From contig JAVKIJ010000026.1 in NCBI GenBank assembly GCA_031459535.1, forward strand, positions 1 to 36,210: a stretch of DNA of 36,210 nucleotides. Reading direction: 5' to 3'. Source of the DNA: Candidatus Fervidifonticultor quintus. GTDB taxonomy: Bacteria; Sysuimicrobiota; Sysuimicrobiia; Sysuimicrobiales; Humicultoraceae. Below, piece by piece: positions 17,399-27,266 of this stretch (position 1 is its first letter; each line of letters opens with the position of its first letter). Made by a program: the position numbers and the translations under genes. The notes under the pieces were generated by a model that saw nothing but the letters and a program-made list of their open reading frames with translations, did no database searches and had not been told where the DNA came from.

Positions 17399-18900
17399 GC
17401 AGGCCACGTATTGGGGATCAGGATCCGTCGTATCTGCGCGAAAACCGATTCCGTCTCTGTGTAGTCAAAGATGCGCCGCCACGCAAGCACGACCACTGCA
17501 GCCGCCAGAGCAAGGGAACCCATGGCTTGAACCGCAGGAGGAATGGGCAGGAGGTACACGGAGAAGCCCGCCGTTGTCACAACGCCCAGGAGAACCACCG
17601 TCCACGGGAATCCCGTGGCGGTCAAGGCCGGGCCGATGGCGGGCAGTGTCCTGCGAGCTACGTAAGCGAAAAAGAGCGCATCTAGGAGCAGCCAGAAACT
17701 CCACGCGGTCGCGGCCCCCAAGAGGGCGAAGTGCGTCACCAGCAGCCAAGCAGAAATTACGCGTAGCGGCAATTCGACCAAATAAGCCTTAGCGATGCTC
17801 GCTGTCCGTCCCATCCCCTGTAGAAAGCTGTATGCCACCCACGTTCCAGCATTTACTGCTATGCCCACAGTTAGCACCCGCAGGGCCCAGGTGCCGGCCT
17901 CGGCCACGTCCGGACCCATCCATACCCTGAGTATCTCCGGCGCCAACAGGATGACCAGGATAGCACCCAGGCCCATGATAAAGACGAGGTACTTCGTGGC
18001 GCGAGCGAATAGCAGCGCTGTTCGTTCAGCATCGGCCGAGCTCAGCGCCGCGAATGCCGGGAACAGCGCCATCGCCGCACTCGAAGGGACGATCCACAGC
18101 CTAAGCACCATTTCGTGCGCAACTGTGTAGTATCCGACGGTAGAAACGGAATAGAAGGCACCAAGAAAAAACCTATCGACGTGGAGCAACACTGGGAAGA
18201 GAATGTTAGGAATAATCAACCATCCTCCGAAACCAAGCAGCTTTCTAACCCACTCTCCGTCTATATGAGAGAATCGCAATAGGACGGGATGACGTCGCAC
18301 GACGGCCCATCCCGTAACTAAGAAGCTCCCCGCCACCACAACAAGCAGCCCACTCACCAGAGCATCCAAAGACCACCCCAACACTGCTCCGAGAGCCGGC
18401 AGTGCAAATAGCAGAGCGTTCGTCGTTGCTCGGATGAGATTGACGAGATCAAACCGCTGGTCTGCCTCGAGGACTCCTCGAAGACCGGGAATCATAACCG
18501 CAAATGGCATCAGCAGAGCGAGTTGATTGAACATTCGGTTCGCCTCATCCTTTAGCCCTGGCGGAATGACAAAGATGCGAGAGGCGAGGAGGGGGGCAAT
18601 CAGGCTGAGCCCAATAGCGGCTACAAGGCCCAGCAGCAATAGAAGAGCAATACCGGCATGGACGACAGCTGGCAATGCCGTGACATCCCGACGGGCTAGC
18701 GCCTCAGCTGAGTACTTGGTGATCGCACGCCCCAAACCGAGATCGGCCAGACTGAAGTATCCCAAGAGCATCCAAGCCAGTGACAGTATCCCAAACCGTT
18801 CGGGGCCCAATCCCCGGAAAGCAACGGGCAGAGCAAGGGCACCAACGAAGAGAGGCAGGGCCTGCCCCATGAGGTTCAGAAGAGTATTTCGGGCGATCAC
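17395..18900 (-). CDS. wzx: Wzx flippase (MOP superfamily)
   Basis: ARNTLLNL, LGPERFG, DLGLG, DRFFLG and VGYY motifs; many TM segments. Confidence 0.9.
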   Translation of the reverse strand: MIARNTLLNLMGQALPLFVGALALPVAFRGLGPERFGILSLAWMLLGYFSLADLGLGRAITKYSAEALARRDVTALPAVVHAGIALLLLLGLVAAIGLSLIAPLLASRIFVIPPGLKDEANRMFNQLALLMPFAVMIPGLRGVLEADQRFDLVNLIRATTNALLFALPALGAVLGWSLDALVSGLLVVVAGSFLVTGWAVVRRHPVLLRFSHIDGEWVRKLLGFGGWLIIPNILFPVLLHVDRFFLGAFYSVSTVGYYTVAHEMVLRLWIVPSSAAMALFPAFAALSSADAERTALLFARATKYLVFIMGLGAILVILLAPEILRVWMGPDVAEAGTWALRVLTVGIAVNAGTWVAYSFLQGMGRTASIAKAYLVELPLRVISAWLLVTHFALLGAATAWSFWLLLDALFFAYVARRTLPAIGPALTATGFPWTVVLLGVVTTAGFSVYLLPIPPAVQAMGSLALAAAVVVLAWRRIFDYTETESVFAQIRRILIPNTWPA

Positions 18901-19814
18901 AGATTTTGGGGTCGTGCGGGATCCATTCGGAGTGCCTCTACGGTCTCGCCGATTCCCTGTTCAAGTGGGACGATTGGCCACCATCCAAGGCGGCGTGCCA
19001 AGTCGTTGATCACGCGGGCGCTCAGGATGTTGTTCGAAACATGCTCGACCTCCACGACGTAGCCGAACTTCCGATGCATCATGGCCAGGACTTCCCGCAG
19101 AGGAACGGATTGAGCACTGCTCACATTGACAATCAAGTTGTCCCAGCTCATTCCACTTGCACGCACTAGTGCTTCCACCACGTCCCGAACATGGATAAAA
19201 TCGAGCGCACTGTCAGCAGAGATGCTCAAGCGCACCGGGCGTCGATCAAGAAATCCCAACGCCAGATCGTAGATAGGATTCTTCACCATTCGAGGTCCAT
19301 AGACCCAGGAAGGTCGGAGAATCGTCCAGCGAAGTCCGAACCGCCGTCCGTAAAGTTGTGTGTAGGACTCGGCCGCAAGCTTGCCTGCCGCATATGGAGA
19401 TGTGGGCTCAGTGGGCGTGTCCTCATCCGCATCGTAGAGATTGGAGTACACGCGGCACGTGGAGAGCAAGACGATCTTGCCATGCCCACTCGCCCGCAGG
19501 GCCTCCAGCAGATTGACGGTTCCTAGAACCGAGATACGCGCGTCCGCTATCGGGTTTTGATAAGAGAACCACACGCCAGGACTCCCGGCTAGATGGTACA
19601 CGACATCGCTGTCGACTAGCCAATGCTTCAACCGAAGCCCTGCTGTTGCTACATCGGCCTCGTAGATCGTCACATCCTTAGCCTCGCGCCAGGTATGGGG
19701 GAGTCGATCGCAGGATCGGACCACCAATTTTAGCGCACACCCCTGCTCACGGTGCAGGCGTTCCGCTAACCAGGTGCCTATGAAGCCGGTCGCGCCAACA
19801 ATACTGACAATCAT
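18897..19814 (-). CDS. NAD(P)-dependent epimerase/reductase (extended SDR)
   Basis: GATGFIG, VYHLA, STCRVY, YAAGK and RPSWVYGP; ATGA overlap with the gmd stop. Confidence 0.88.
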   Translation of the reverse strand: MIVSIVGATGFIGTWLAERLHREQGCALKLVVRSCDRLPHTWREAKDVTIYEADVATAGLRLKHWLVDSDVVYHLAGSPGVWFSYQNPIADARISVLGTVNLLEALRASGHGKIVLLSTCRVYSNLYDADEDTPTEPTSPYAAGKLAAESYTQLYGRRFGLRWTILRPSWVYGPRMVKNPIYDLALGFLDRRPVRLSISADSALDFIHVRDVVEALVRASGMSWDNLIVNVSSAQSVPLREVLAMMHRKFGYVVEVEHVSNNILSARVINDLARRLGWWPIVPLEQGIGETVEALRMDPARPQNL

Positions 19815-20878
19815 GCTGGCTGAAGGCGGTTCCGCGCAAAGAAATGCCGATGTTCGCTCAGATGAAAGGGAGCATCCCACACTTCCGGTTTCCCCTCCAG
19901 GAACCTCCGCCACCTCTCGAGATCGGCTTCGACCATGATCTTCATGAGACTATGAAACTTGACCCGAGGTGACCACCCCAGCACTCGATGCGCCTTCCCG
20001 GCATCTCCCACGAGCCAGTCAACGTCAAGCGGGCGTCTCAGCGCGTCATCGACACGCAGATAGGCCTCATAATCGAGCCCCAAGTGCCGAAAGCACTCCT
20101 CAACCATCTCCAGAACCGAATGACCTTCTCCCGTACAAATAACATAGTCATCGGGAGCAGGTGCCTGGAGCATCAACCACATGCTCTCGACGTACTCCGG
20201 TGCATAACCCCAATCTCGCACTGCGTGCACGTTCCCCAGAACGAGTTCTTTGTCCAACCCCAGCGCAATCTTCGCTGCTGCATTAGAGATTTTTCGACTA
20301 ACAAATTCCAGACCACGAAGCGGAGACTCATGATTGAACAGGATGCCATTAACAGCGTAGAGTCCATATGCCTCGCGATATATTCGGGTCACTTGGTACC
20401 CGTACAACTTAGCCGCGCCGTAGGGTGAGGCCGGGGTTTTTTCTGAATCCTCTCGTAGCGGAAGATGATCCGGCCGAACACGTCCAAAGATCTCCGATGT
20501 TGACGCCTGGTAGAATCGGATACCGCGGGGATTGAGCGTGCGAATAGCCTCCAGGCACGTTACCACTCCCAGCCCATCCACCTGTCCTGTTGCAATGGGA
20601 ATCTCGAAGGACGTTCCGATAAAGCTCATGGCTGCTAAGTTATAAATCTCGTCAGGAGCAATTCTCTCGATTAACGCGAGAAGGGAGGGGAAATCAGTCA
20701 CATCCCCGGGCGCCAGATTTACGCGCTCTGCCAAGCCTAGAGCGTGCAATCGCCAGAAGTTCGGGCTGGCGCTGCGGCGGTACATTCCGAAGACCTCATA
20801 CCCTTTGTCAAGGAGGAGCTGTGCGAGATAGGCTCCGTCCTGACCTGTGATCCCGGTAATCAGCGCACGGCGCCCCAT
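19811..20878 (-). CDS. gmd: GDP-mannose 4,6-dehydratase
   Basis: ALITGITGQDGAYL, YNLAA.S, FYQASTSE, SPYGAAK, GILFNHESPLRG and RDWG motifs. Confidence 0.96.
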   Translation of the reverse strand: MGRRALITGITGQDGAYLAQLLLDKGYEVFGMYRRSASPNFWRLHALGLAERVNLAPGDVTDFPSLLALIERIAPDEIYNLAAMSFIGTSFEIPIATGQVDGLGVVTCLEAIRTLNPRGIRFYQASTSEIFGRVRPDHLPLREDSEKTPASPYGAAKLYGYQVTRIYREAYGLYAVNGILFNHESPLRGLEFVSRKISNAAAKIALGLDKELVLGNVHAVRDWGYAPEYVESMWLMLQAPAPDDYVICTGEGHSVLEMVEECFRHLGLDYEAYLRVDDALRRPLDVDWLVGDAGKAHRVLGWSPRVKFHSLMKIMVEADLERWRRFLEGKPEVWDAPFHLSEHRHFFARNRLQPA

Positions 20879-20885
20879 GAGCTGG

Positions 20886-22181
20886 TCACCGATGTCGTAA
20901 GAAGGAAGTGATGCAGGAGACGATGTAGGCACGATCCTCCTCCGTGACGCCATGGTGGTTCCCGAACAGAAGGGCATTTCGGCCGATTTCGGCGGCGTTT
21001 GACAGGGCCCCAACCCTCCGATGTCCATACAGCCGCATCACCGGTTGCGCGGCCATATTCCCCGCCATGATTGGCCGTGTCTCGATGCCGTTCGCCTCTA
21101 GCGCTCTGGCGAGTTCTCTCCGACCAAAGCCCGCTCCGGGCAGGATCCGCAGCGGATAGCTGAACCAGACATGCCGGCCGCCCGCATGTTCGTCGGCGAT
21201 GGCCAAGCGATCCTGGTACGGACTCAAATGGTCGCGCCAGTAGGCCGCATTAGCCCGGCGTATCTCGATGTAAGCTTCCAACTTCTCCATTTGATGGATA
21301 CCAAAAGCACCCTGAATTTCCGTTGGCCGGAAATTATAGCCCGCCGTAACGAACAGAAAGCGAGGATCAAAATCCGGGCATCTCGCTGCCCAGGCCTCTC
21401 GCGCTATCATCTCACGCACCCAGCCATGAGCACGCAGGGACCGCGCTAGATCAGCAAAATCGTCGTTGTTGGTCACCACGAGACCGCCTTCAATGGTGCT
21501 GATATGATGTGAGAAGAAGAAGCTAAAAGTCGCCACGTCGCCGAAAGTTCCGACCTTGCGTCCGTGGACCATGGCCCCTGGTGCTTCGCAAGCGTCCTCG
21601 ATGACAAAGAGACCATGTTCCTGAGCCACGGCGAGGACGGCATCCATGTCGACAGGTCGGCCCAGGAGGTGCACCACGATCACTGCACGAGTCCGAGGTG
21701 TGATCGCCTTCTCGATCTCTTCAATGGAGATGTTGAATGTCTCAAGATCGACATCTACAAAAACCGGAATTGCCCCTACCTGGAGTACGGGAAAGACAGT
21801 GGTCGACCATGGCACGGCAGGCACGATGACTTCGTCACCCGCTCGAAGATGATTGGCCAGCTCGGGATGACTAAGAAGACTCAGGGCGATTAAGTTTGCA
21901 CTGGACCCAGAGTTGACCATGACTGCATGCCGAACTCCGAGATATGCCGCAAACAGCCGCTCAAACTGCTTCACTTTCTCGCCCATCGTGACCTGCCCAG
22001 AGAGGAGCGTGTCAATAGCTTCACAGATCTCCTGCCATCCATACGTGGGAACACTGAGCGGTATTCGCCATTGGCTGGTCCTCTCCAAGGGCCGGAGAGC
22101 CAGGTACTCCCTCACCCATCGCTGAATCTCGAGGGAAATCGGCTGCACGGCCTGCCCGGCCGCTGCCACCTCCTTCATCAC
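20886..22181 (-). CDS. PLP-dependent GDP-4-keto-6-deoxymannose 3-dehydratase (ColD-like, DegT family)
   Basis: VNSGSSANL, EDACE, FSFFFSHHISTIEGG (His where aminotransferases have the Schiff-base Lys), LRAHGW and GYNFRP; adjacent to gmd. Confidence 0.85.
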   Translation of the reverse strand: MMKEVAAAGQAVQPISLEIQRWVREYLALRPLERTSQWRIPLSVPTYGWQEICEAIDTLLSGQVTMGEKVKQFERLFAAYLGVRHAVMVNSGSSANLIALSLLSHPELANHLRAGDEVIVPAVPWSTTVFPVLQVGAIPVFVDVDLETFNISIEEIEKAITPRTRAVIVVHLLGRPVDMDAVLAVAQEHGLFVIEDACEAPGAMVHGRKVGTFGDVATFSFFFSHHISTIEGGLVVTNNDDFADLARSLRAHGWVREMIAREAWAARCPDFDPRFLFVTAGYNFRPTEIQGAFGIHQMEKLEAYIEIRRANAAYWRDHLSPYQDRLAIADEHAGGRHVWFSYPLRILPGAGFGRRELARALEANGIETRPIMAGNMAAQPVMRLYGHRRVGALSNAAEIGRNALLFGNHHGVTEEDRAYIVSCITSFLRHR

Positions 22182-23194
22182 TCTGTCCCTTTCGCTAGGG
22201 TGCTTGGAACAGGAGTACTCTGCGTAGTCCGGTGATAAGCAATGATACGCTCAAGCATCTCGGGGAGGTCCATACTCGGTTCATAGCCTATAGTTCGTTG
22301 GATCTTCGTTAGGTCAGGCAGACGCCGAGGCATGTCTTCGAAGCCCTCTTCGTACGCTTCATCGTAAGGAACGAATACAATTTCGGAGCGACTACCAGCA
22401 AGCTCTTTTATCAACCGCGCCAGCTCCAAGATGCTTATCTCCTTCGTGTGACCGACATTGAAAACCTGCCCCACAGCATCCGGGGAGCGGATCAACGCCA
22501 CCATGGCATTCGCTACATCTCCCACCCATGCGAACGATCGACGTTGCGTGCCGTCACCATAAACCGTTATCGGTTGCCCAGCCAAGGCTTGGCGGACGAA
22601 ACGGGGGACGACCATTCCGTACTGTCCCGTCTGCCGCGGACCGATTGTGTTGAAAAGGCGGACGACGATCACGGGCAGTGCCTTTGTCTTGAAATAGGCC
22701 TGGGCGAGGAACTCGTCAATAATCTTTGATGCGGCATAGCACCAGCGAGATCTTGAGGTCGGCCCCAGTACCAGATCATCTTCCTCGCCGAATCGGGGTC
22801 GATCGAGTTTTCCATATACCTCGGACGTCGACGACAACAACACGCGCTTTTGCTTTCGCGCACACAACCCTAAGACAAGCTCGGTAGCCTTGATGTTTGT
22901 CTCGATAGTCCGTACTGGCTCCTCCACGATGAGTCGCACACCCACTGCAGCAGCCAGATGAAAGACCGCATCGGCTTTATCGACGAGCTCCATCATCAAG
23001 GAACGGTTCATCACGGTGTCTAGTACGTAGGAGAATCCTGGATGTTCCCGCAAGTGAGCAATATTCGCAATGCTGCCTGTCGAAAGATCGTCAATGATTT
23101 CCACCGTCCAAGAATCGGCAAGCAGCGTTTCAGCCAAGTGGGAACCGATAAATCCGGCCCCTCCTGTGATCAGCGCGTGGGGCATGGGTTCCAC
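22178..23194 (-). CDS. NAD-dependent nucleotide-sugar epimerase/dehydratase (WcaG-like)
   Basis: ITGGAGFIGSHL, HLAAAVG, STSEVYG, RWCYAASK and RLFNTIGP motifs. Confidence 0.9.
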   Translation of the reverse strand: MEPMPHALITGGAGFIGSHLAETLLADSWTVEIIDDLSTGSIANIAHLREHPGFSYVLDTVMNRSLMMELVDKADAVFHLAAAVGVRLIVEEPVRTIETNIKATELVLGLCARKQKRVLLSSTSEVYGKLDRPRFGEEDDLVLGPTSRSRWCYAASKIIDEFLAQAYFKTKALPVIVVRLFNTIGPRQTGQYGMVVPRFVRQALAGQPITVYGDGTQRRSFAWVGDVANAMVALIRSPDAVGQVFNVGHTKEISILELARLIKELAGSRSEIVFVPYDEAYEEGFEDMPRRLPDLTKIQRTIGYEPSMDLPEMLERIIAYHRTTQSTPVPSTLAKGTE

Positions 23195-23200
23195 ACCTTC

Positions 23201-24583
23201 TCAGAGGCTCCAGTAGAGAATGTCATTGTCCGCGAAAACGTCACGAAAAACTCCCTTCACATCGACGAACACAGGCCGGCCATCTCCCCGAAAGAGCTTC
23301 AGGTACTCTGATGCCGTGCGCTCGCAAAAGTAGCGGTGTGGAACCGCCAGAATCAATGCGTCATACCGAATTCCGTGCTCGAAGGGATCGGCTACGGCGT
23401 GAAGTCCCAACTGATCCAACTGATCCTTCCGGACCAGCGGATCGAAAACGGAGACAACGACTCCATTGCTGGTCAACTCTTGTACGAGCTCCACAACCTG
23501 TGTATTCCGCGTGTCGCGCACGTTCTCCTTGAACGCAACCCCGAGGACCAGTGCTTGCGCACCTAACACGGGCTTGCCTGAGCGGATGATCAGTCTAACC
23601 GTCTCGCGAGCAACGTATGTCCCCATTGCATCGTTAATTCTTCGGCCGGCCAGGATGACTTCGGGATGATGATTCACCTCTTGCGCCTTATAGGTCAAGT
23701 AGTAGGGGTCAACCGGAATGCAGTCCCCTCCCACCAGGCCGGGCTCAAAAGGTAGAAAATTCCACTTAGTTCGCGCCAAGCGAAGCACATCGTGTGTGTT
23801 TAAACCCAACCGATGAAATAATGTTGCCAGTTCGTTGATCAAAGCGATGTTCAGGTCACGCTGCACGTTTTCAATAACTTTTGCCGCCTCCGCAGTGCGG
23901 ATATCGGGTGCACGAGCGATACCAGCCTTAACAATAGTTCCATAAATGGAGGCTATTAGTTCAAGCGTTTCTGGATCTTGGGCAGCTACGATTTTGACGA
24001 CGTTCTCGATGGTGTGCTCCGGGTCGCCCGGGTTGATACGCTCGGGAGAGTATCCAACTTTGAAGCCTCGACCCGCGACCAACCCTGATTCCGCCTCAAG
24101 GATGGGGACGCAGACCTCTTCCGTGCAACCCGGGTACACCGTTGACTCATAAACAATAACGGGGACGAGATCCCGCCGCCTACCCGGGTCATTGAGGCTC
24201 CGTCCTATCATTCGACTAGCGCCGATGAGCGCAGAGAGATCTGGTCGTTTGCTCCGATCGATGGGAGTAGATACCGCGATGACAAAGAAGGACACGTCTC
24301 GCAACCGATCAAGATTGTCGGTCACCTCTAGAAGCGGAGCACGAACACTCTCAGGACTCTGTTCGCCGTTGCGATCGATCCCCTCCCGCAGCTCGCGTAT
24401 TCGACTGGAGTCGCTGCCAAACCCAACCGTGCGGAAAGCCCTGCCAAAAGCACAGGCCAGTGCTAGCCCTACGTAACCGAGACCAACAATACCGATACAC
24501 TCCCCTTCCCTTGCGATAGAAGAGACTCCGGGCTCTGCCCACCGTCCCACGCGATCTACTGAGACGCCGTAGCCCGCAAGCAT
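23201..24583 (-). CDS. UDP-sugar 6-dehydrogenase (WbpO/TviB-like); start uncertain
   Basis: GLGYVG, YESTVYPG, YSPERINPG, AEAAKVIEN.QRDLNIA, GG.CIPVDPYYL and FKEN motifs. Confidence 0.9.
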   Translation of the reverse strand: MLAGYGVSVDRVGRWAEPGVSSIAREGECIGIVGLGYVGLALACAFGRAFRTVGFGSDSSRIRELREGIDRNGEQSPESVRAPLLEVTDNLDRLRDVSFFVIAVSTPIDRSKRPDLSALIGASRMIGRSLNDPGRRRDLVPVIVYESTVYPGCTEEVCVPILEAESGLVAGRGFKVGYSPERINPGDPEHTIENVVKIVAAQDPETLELIASIYGTIVKAGIARAPDIRTAEAAKVIENVQRDLNIALINELATLFHRLGLNTHDVLRLARTKWNFLPFEPGLVGGDCIPVDPYYLTYKAQEVNHHPEVILAGRRINDAMGTYVARETVRLIIRSGKPVLGAQALVLGVAFKENVRDTRNTQVVELVQELTSNGVVVSVFDPLVRKDQLDQLGLHAVADPFEHGIRYDALILAVPHRYFCERTASEYLKLFRGDGRPVFVDVKGVFRDVFADNDILYWSL

Positions 24584-24611
24584 GCTGACTCAACCAGAGA
24601 GAACAGTCCTG

Positions 24612-24639
24612 ATTACGCCACAGTGCTGCCTGTCGTCAA
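24612..24639 (-). promoter_or_regulatory. Candidate sigma70-type promoter for the polysaccharide cassette
   Basis: Minus strand TTGACG-16 nt-CGTAAT with an upstream TG, about 28 nt before ATG 24583; the -10 is imperfect. Confidence 0.3.
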
Positions 24640-24950
24640 GTTGCACCCTAGCATAGAAACCTGGGCTCAAAGGATAGAAACTCGGACTCAAACCCGGCCA
24701 CAGGTCGCGGACGCCGTCCTCCCCTCCAGTTCCCATCGAAGTATCGAGCGTACTAAAACCCTCTCGAGGCATTCGCCAAAAATTCGATTCTTCCGGTGGT
24801 CACGGTCGGAATCATTCTACCGACTGGCAATCAGCCGCAGGTGCTCTTATCAAGGGATGTAAAAGATTTGAGATGTCACCCTCCGCTTCCCCCGATCTTG
24901 GATGTCTAGCAAGCAGTTGCGCGGTCTGGTCTACAAAGAGACACAACTCC

Positions 24951-25826
24951 TCATAGCTCAGGCCTCCTCGATTGGCCAATCATACTACTAGCCTTCCCTA
25001 CTGCCGCATTAACCACCTGCTGTCCAACAAAAGCGTCCCATACGAAGGCAAGCATCACCCCGAGCATCAGGCCAAGGACGCCAGCGATGGTCACGTTGAG
25101 CGCCTTGCGGGGGCTGACCGGCTGGAGGGGGCGCGAGGGGTTCTGCACGACCACGGGGCGTTCAATGGCCAGCAGTTCGGCTGTGAGCGCTCTCTGCGAC
25201 TCCGAAAGGCCGCGGTAGAGAGCCTCGGCCACCCCGAGGCTGTTCAATGTAAACAACGTTCGAACGAACCCGCGGTCCTCCTCCGCCATTCCGGCTCCCC
25301 GCTGAAGTCCGGCCAGGACCTCGCGGGAGAGGGCGAGGATTCTCCGGACCTCCGCGAGCTGCGCGTCCACCGTGCGAAGCCGCCTCTCGAGGTCGCGACG
25401 GCGTTCGACCACCCGCTCGGACGCGCGGGCGACGAGCGCCCGCACCACCGTATCCGCCAGCCGTCGGGCCCGCTCCGGTGCATCGGCACGGGCTCGAATC
25501 CGGACCATGCGGGTGTCCCGAACGGGCTCGGCCCTGACCAGGCGGCGCCTCTCCAGTTCCCGGACGGAGAGTCCCAGGCCGCTCTGAGCGGCAACGGTTT
25601 CCAGGAAGTCGAGGCTGGTGATCACATTGGCGGCGGAGGCGGGGGAGGCATAGGCGGCCGCGCTGTGCTCACTGAGCTGGACAATCGCCACCGATTCGTA
25701 CACGTGCGGCAGCAGGAGGTTCGCGGCCACGGCGGCCGCCACGGCGAGGACCGTGACGGCGCCCACAATGGCGCGACGCCTCCACAGGGCGGCGACCAGT
25801 TGTCGGAGGTCTAGTTCATCGTCCAC
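24951..25826 (-). CDS. wzz: Wzz-type polysaccharide chain-length determinant
   Basis: DELDL..L...LWRR, N-terminal TM, coiled-coil middle, and P..P..PVSP...N followed by a Gly-rich C-terminal TM. Confidence 0.88.
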   Translation of the reverse strand: MDDELDLRQLVAALWRRRAIVGAVTVLAVAAAVAANLLLPHVYESVAIVQLSEHSAAAYASPASAANVITSLDFLETVAAQSGLGLSVRELERRRLVRAEPVRDTRMVRIRARADAPERARRLADTVVRALVARASERVVERRRDLERRLRTVDAQLAEVRRILALSREVLAGLQRGAGMAEEDRGFVRTLFTLNSLGVAEALYRGLSESQRALTAELLAIERPVVVQNPSRPLQPVSPRKALNVTIAGVLGLMLGVMLAFVWDAFVGQQVVNAAVGKASSMIGQSRRPEL

Positions 25827-25832
25827 GAGCCT

Positions 25833-27224
25833 CTACCACTCCGGATGCGGCAGAGCAGCCACGCGTGCCAGGGTCTCCTCGAGGAGGCGCTTCACGCGTC
25901 CCAGGGCCGGGGCATTCCGCGCCTCCGCCCGGAGCACGAGCGCCGGCTGCGTGTTGCTGGCCCGCACCAACCCCCAGCCGTCAGGGAAGAGGATTCGGGC
26001 ACCGTCGACGTCCACCACCGGGTACCCCTGGGCCTGGAACTCCTTCGTCACCCGGCGCACCACGTCGAACTTCAACGCGTCGGACACCTCCAGGTAGACT
26101 TCGGGGGTCGCCGGGTAGCGGGGGAGGGTGGACAGGATGGTGGAGAGCGCCTCCTGGCTTCCAGACAGGATCCGCAGCAGGCGCCCGGCGGCGTAGACCG
26201 CGTCGTCGTACCCGAAGTATTCGTCCGCGAAGAACATATGCCCGGACATCTCCCCGGCGAAGACGGCGCCGCGTTGCCGCATCGTGGCCTTGATGAGGGA
26301 GTGCCCCGTCGGGTGGAAGAGCGGCCGTCCCCCCAGCCGCTCCACCTCGTCCACGAGCGCCTGGGAACACTTCACCTCGATGAGGGCCAGGGCGCCGGGG
26401 TGGCGGGGCAGGATCTCCCGCCAGAAGAGGATCATGAGGATGTCACCCCAGACGATCTGTCCCTGGTCGTCCACCACCCCGATCCGGTCGCCGTCCCCGT
26501 CGAAGCCGATGCCCAGGTCGCACCGCTCCCGGCGCACCAGCTCGATGAGGTCCTGCACGTTCTCGGGCTTGACCGGGTTCGGCTGGTGGTGGGGGAAGGT
26601 CGGGTCGGAGTCGCAGTGCTGCCGGAGGACCTCCACCCCCCAGGACTCGATGACGTCGGGAGCCACCAGGCTGGCCGTCCCGTTCCCGCAGTCCACCGCC
26701 ACCTTCAGCCGGCGGCGGCCCAGGCGGATCTTCTCCGCGAGCATGGCCTTGTACGCGGGGAGGACGTCGCGCTCCTCCACCCGGCCGCGGCCGCTGACGA
26801 AGTCCCCGCCTTCCACCAAGCGGCGCACCGCCTGGATCTCCTCGCCGTAGAGGGTGGCGTGTCCGTGGGCCAGCTTGACCCCGTTGTACTCCGGCGGGTT
26901 GTGGCTCGCGGTGATCATCATCCCGCCGTCGATCCCGTAGTGGATCCGGGCGAAGTAGAAGGCCGGGGTGATGACGGTGCCGATGTCCACCACGGCGAAC
27001 CCGCCATCGCGCAGCCCCTCGACGGCTGCCCCGGCGAGTGCGGGGGAGTGGAGGCGGTTGTCGCGCCCCACGAGGGCCCGGCGCTCGGCACCGCGGGCGG
27101 CCAGGAAGGTGGCAAAGGCCCGGGCGATCGTGTACATCCCCTCCGGGGTGAGGTCCTCGCCCACCACGCCGCGGATGTCGTACTCCCGAAAGATGTGCCC
27201 GGGAATCGTCGTGACGAGTCTCAT
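25833..27224 (-). CDS. Phosphomannomutase/phosphoglucomutase
   Basis: FREYDIRG, ITASHNP, FDGDGDR, GEMSGH and RASNT motifs; GGGAGG RBS before ATG 27224. Confidence 0.95.
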   Translation of the reverse strand: MRLVTTIPGHIFREYDIRGVVGEDLTPEGMYTIARAFATFLAARGAERRALVGRDNRLHSPALAGAAVEGLRDGGFAVVDIGTVITPAFYFARIHYGIDGGMMITASHNPPEYNGVKLAHGHATLYGEEIQAVRRLVEGGDFVSGRGRVEERDVLPAYKAMLAEKIRLGRRRLKVAVDCGNGTASLVAPDVIESWGVEVLRQHCDSDPTFPHHQPNPVKPENVQDLIELVRRERCDLGIGFDGDGDRIGVVDDQGQIVWGDILMILFWREILPRHPGALALIEVKCSQALVDEVERLGGRPLFHPTGHSLIKATMRQRGAVFAGEMSGHMFFADEYFGYDDAVYAAGRLLRILSGSQEALSTILSTLPRYPATPEVYLEVSDALKFDVVRRVTKEFQAQGYPVVDVDGARILFPDGWGLVRASNTQPALVLRAEARNAPALGRVKRLLEETLARVAALPHPEW

Positions 27225-27266
27225 GGCCTCCCCGTCGGGAAGGGGTGGCGCTCCACACGCCACCGG

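Noticed and set aside
20886-22181. Perosamine synthase or a generic sugar aminotransferase next to gmd
   Set aside because: The Schiff-base lysine position is His (SHHISTIEGG), characteristic of 3-dehydratases.
24660-24692. GGCTCAAAGGA similar to the inverted 7736-7761 repeat, as possible island terminal repeats
   Set aside because: Short, gapped match that does not coincide with the compositional breakpoints; no recombinase present.
24590-24862. Short ORFs in the wzz-dehydrogenase intergenic region
   Set aside because: No RBS, motif or codon-bias support; more likely promoter/leader sequence.
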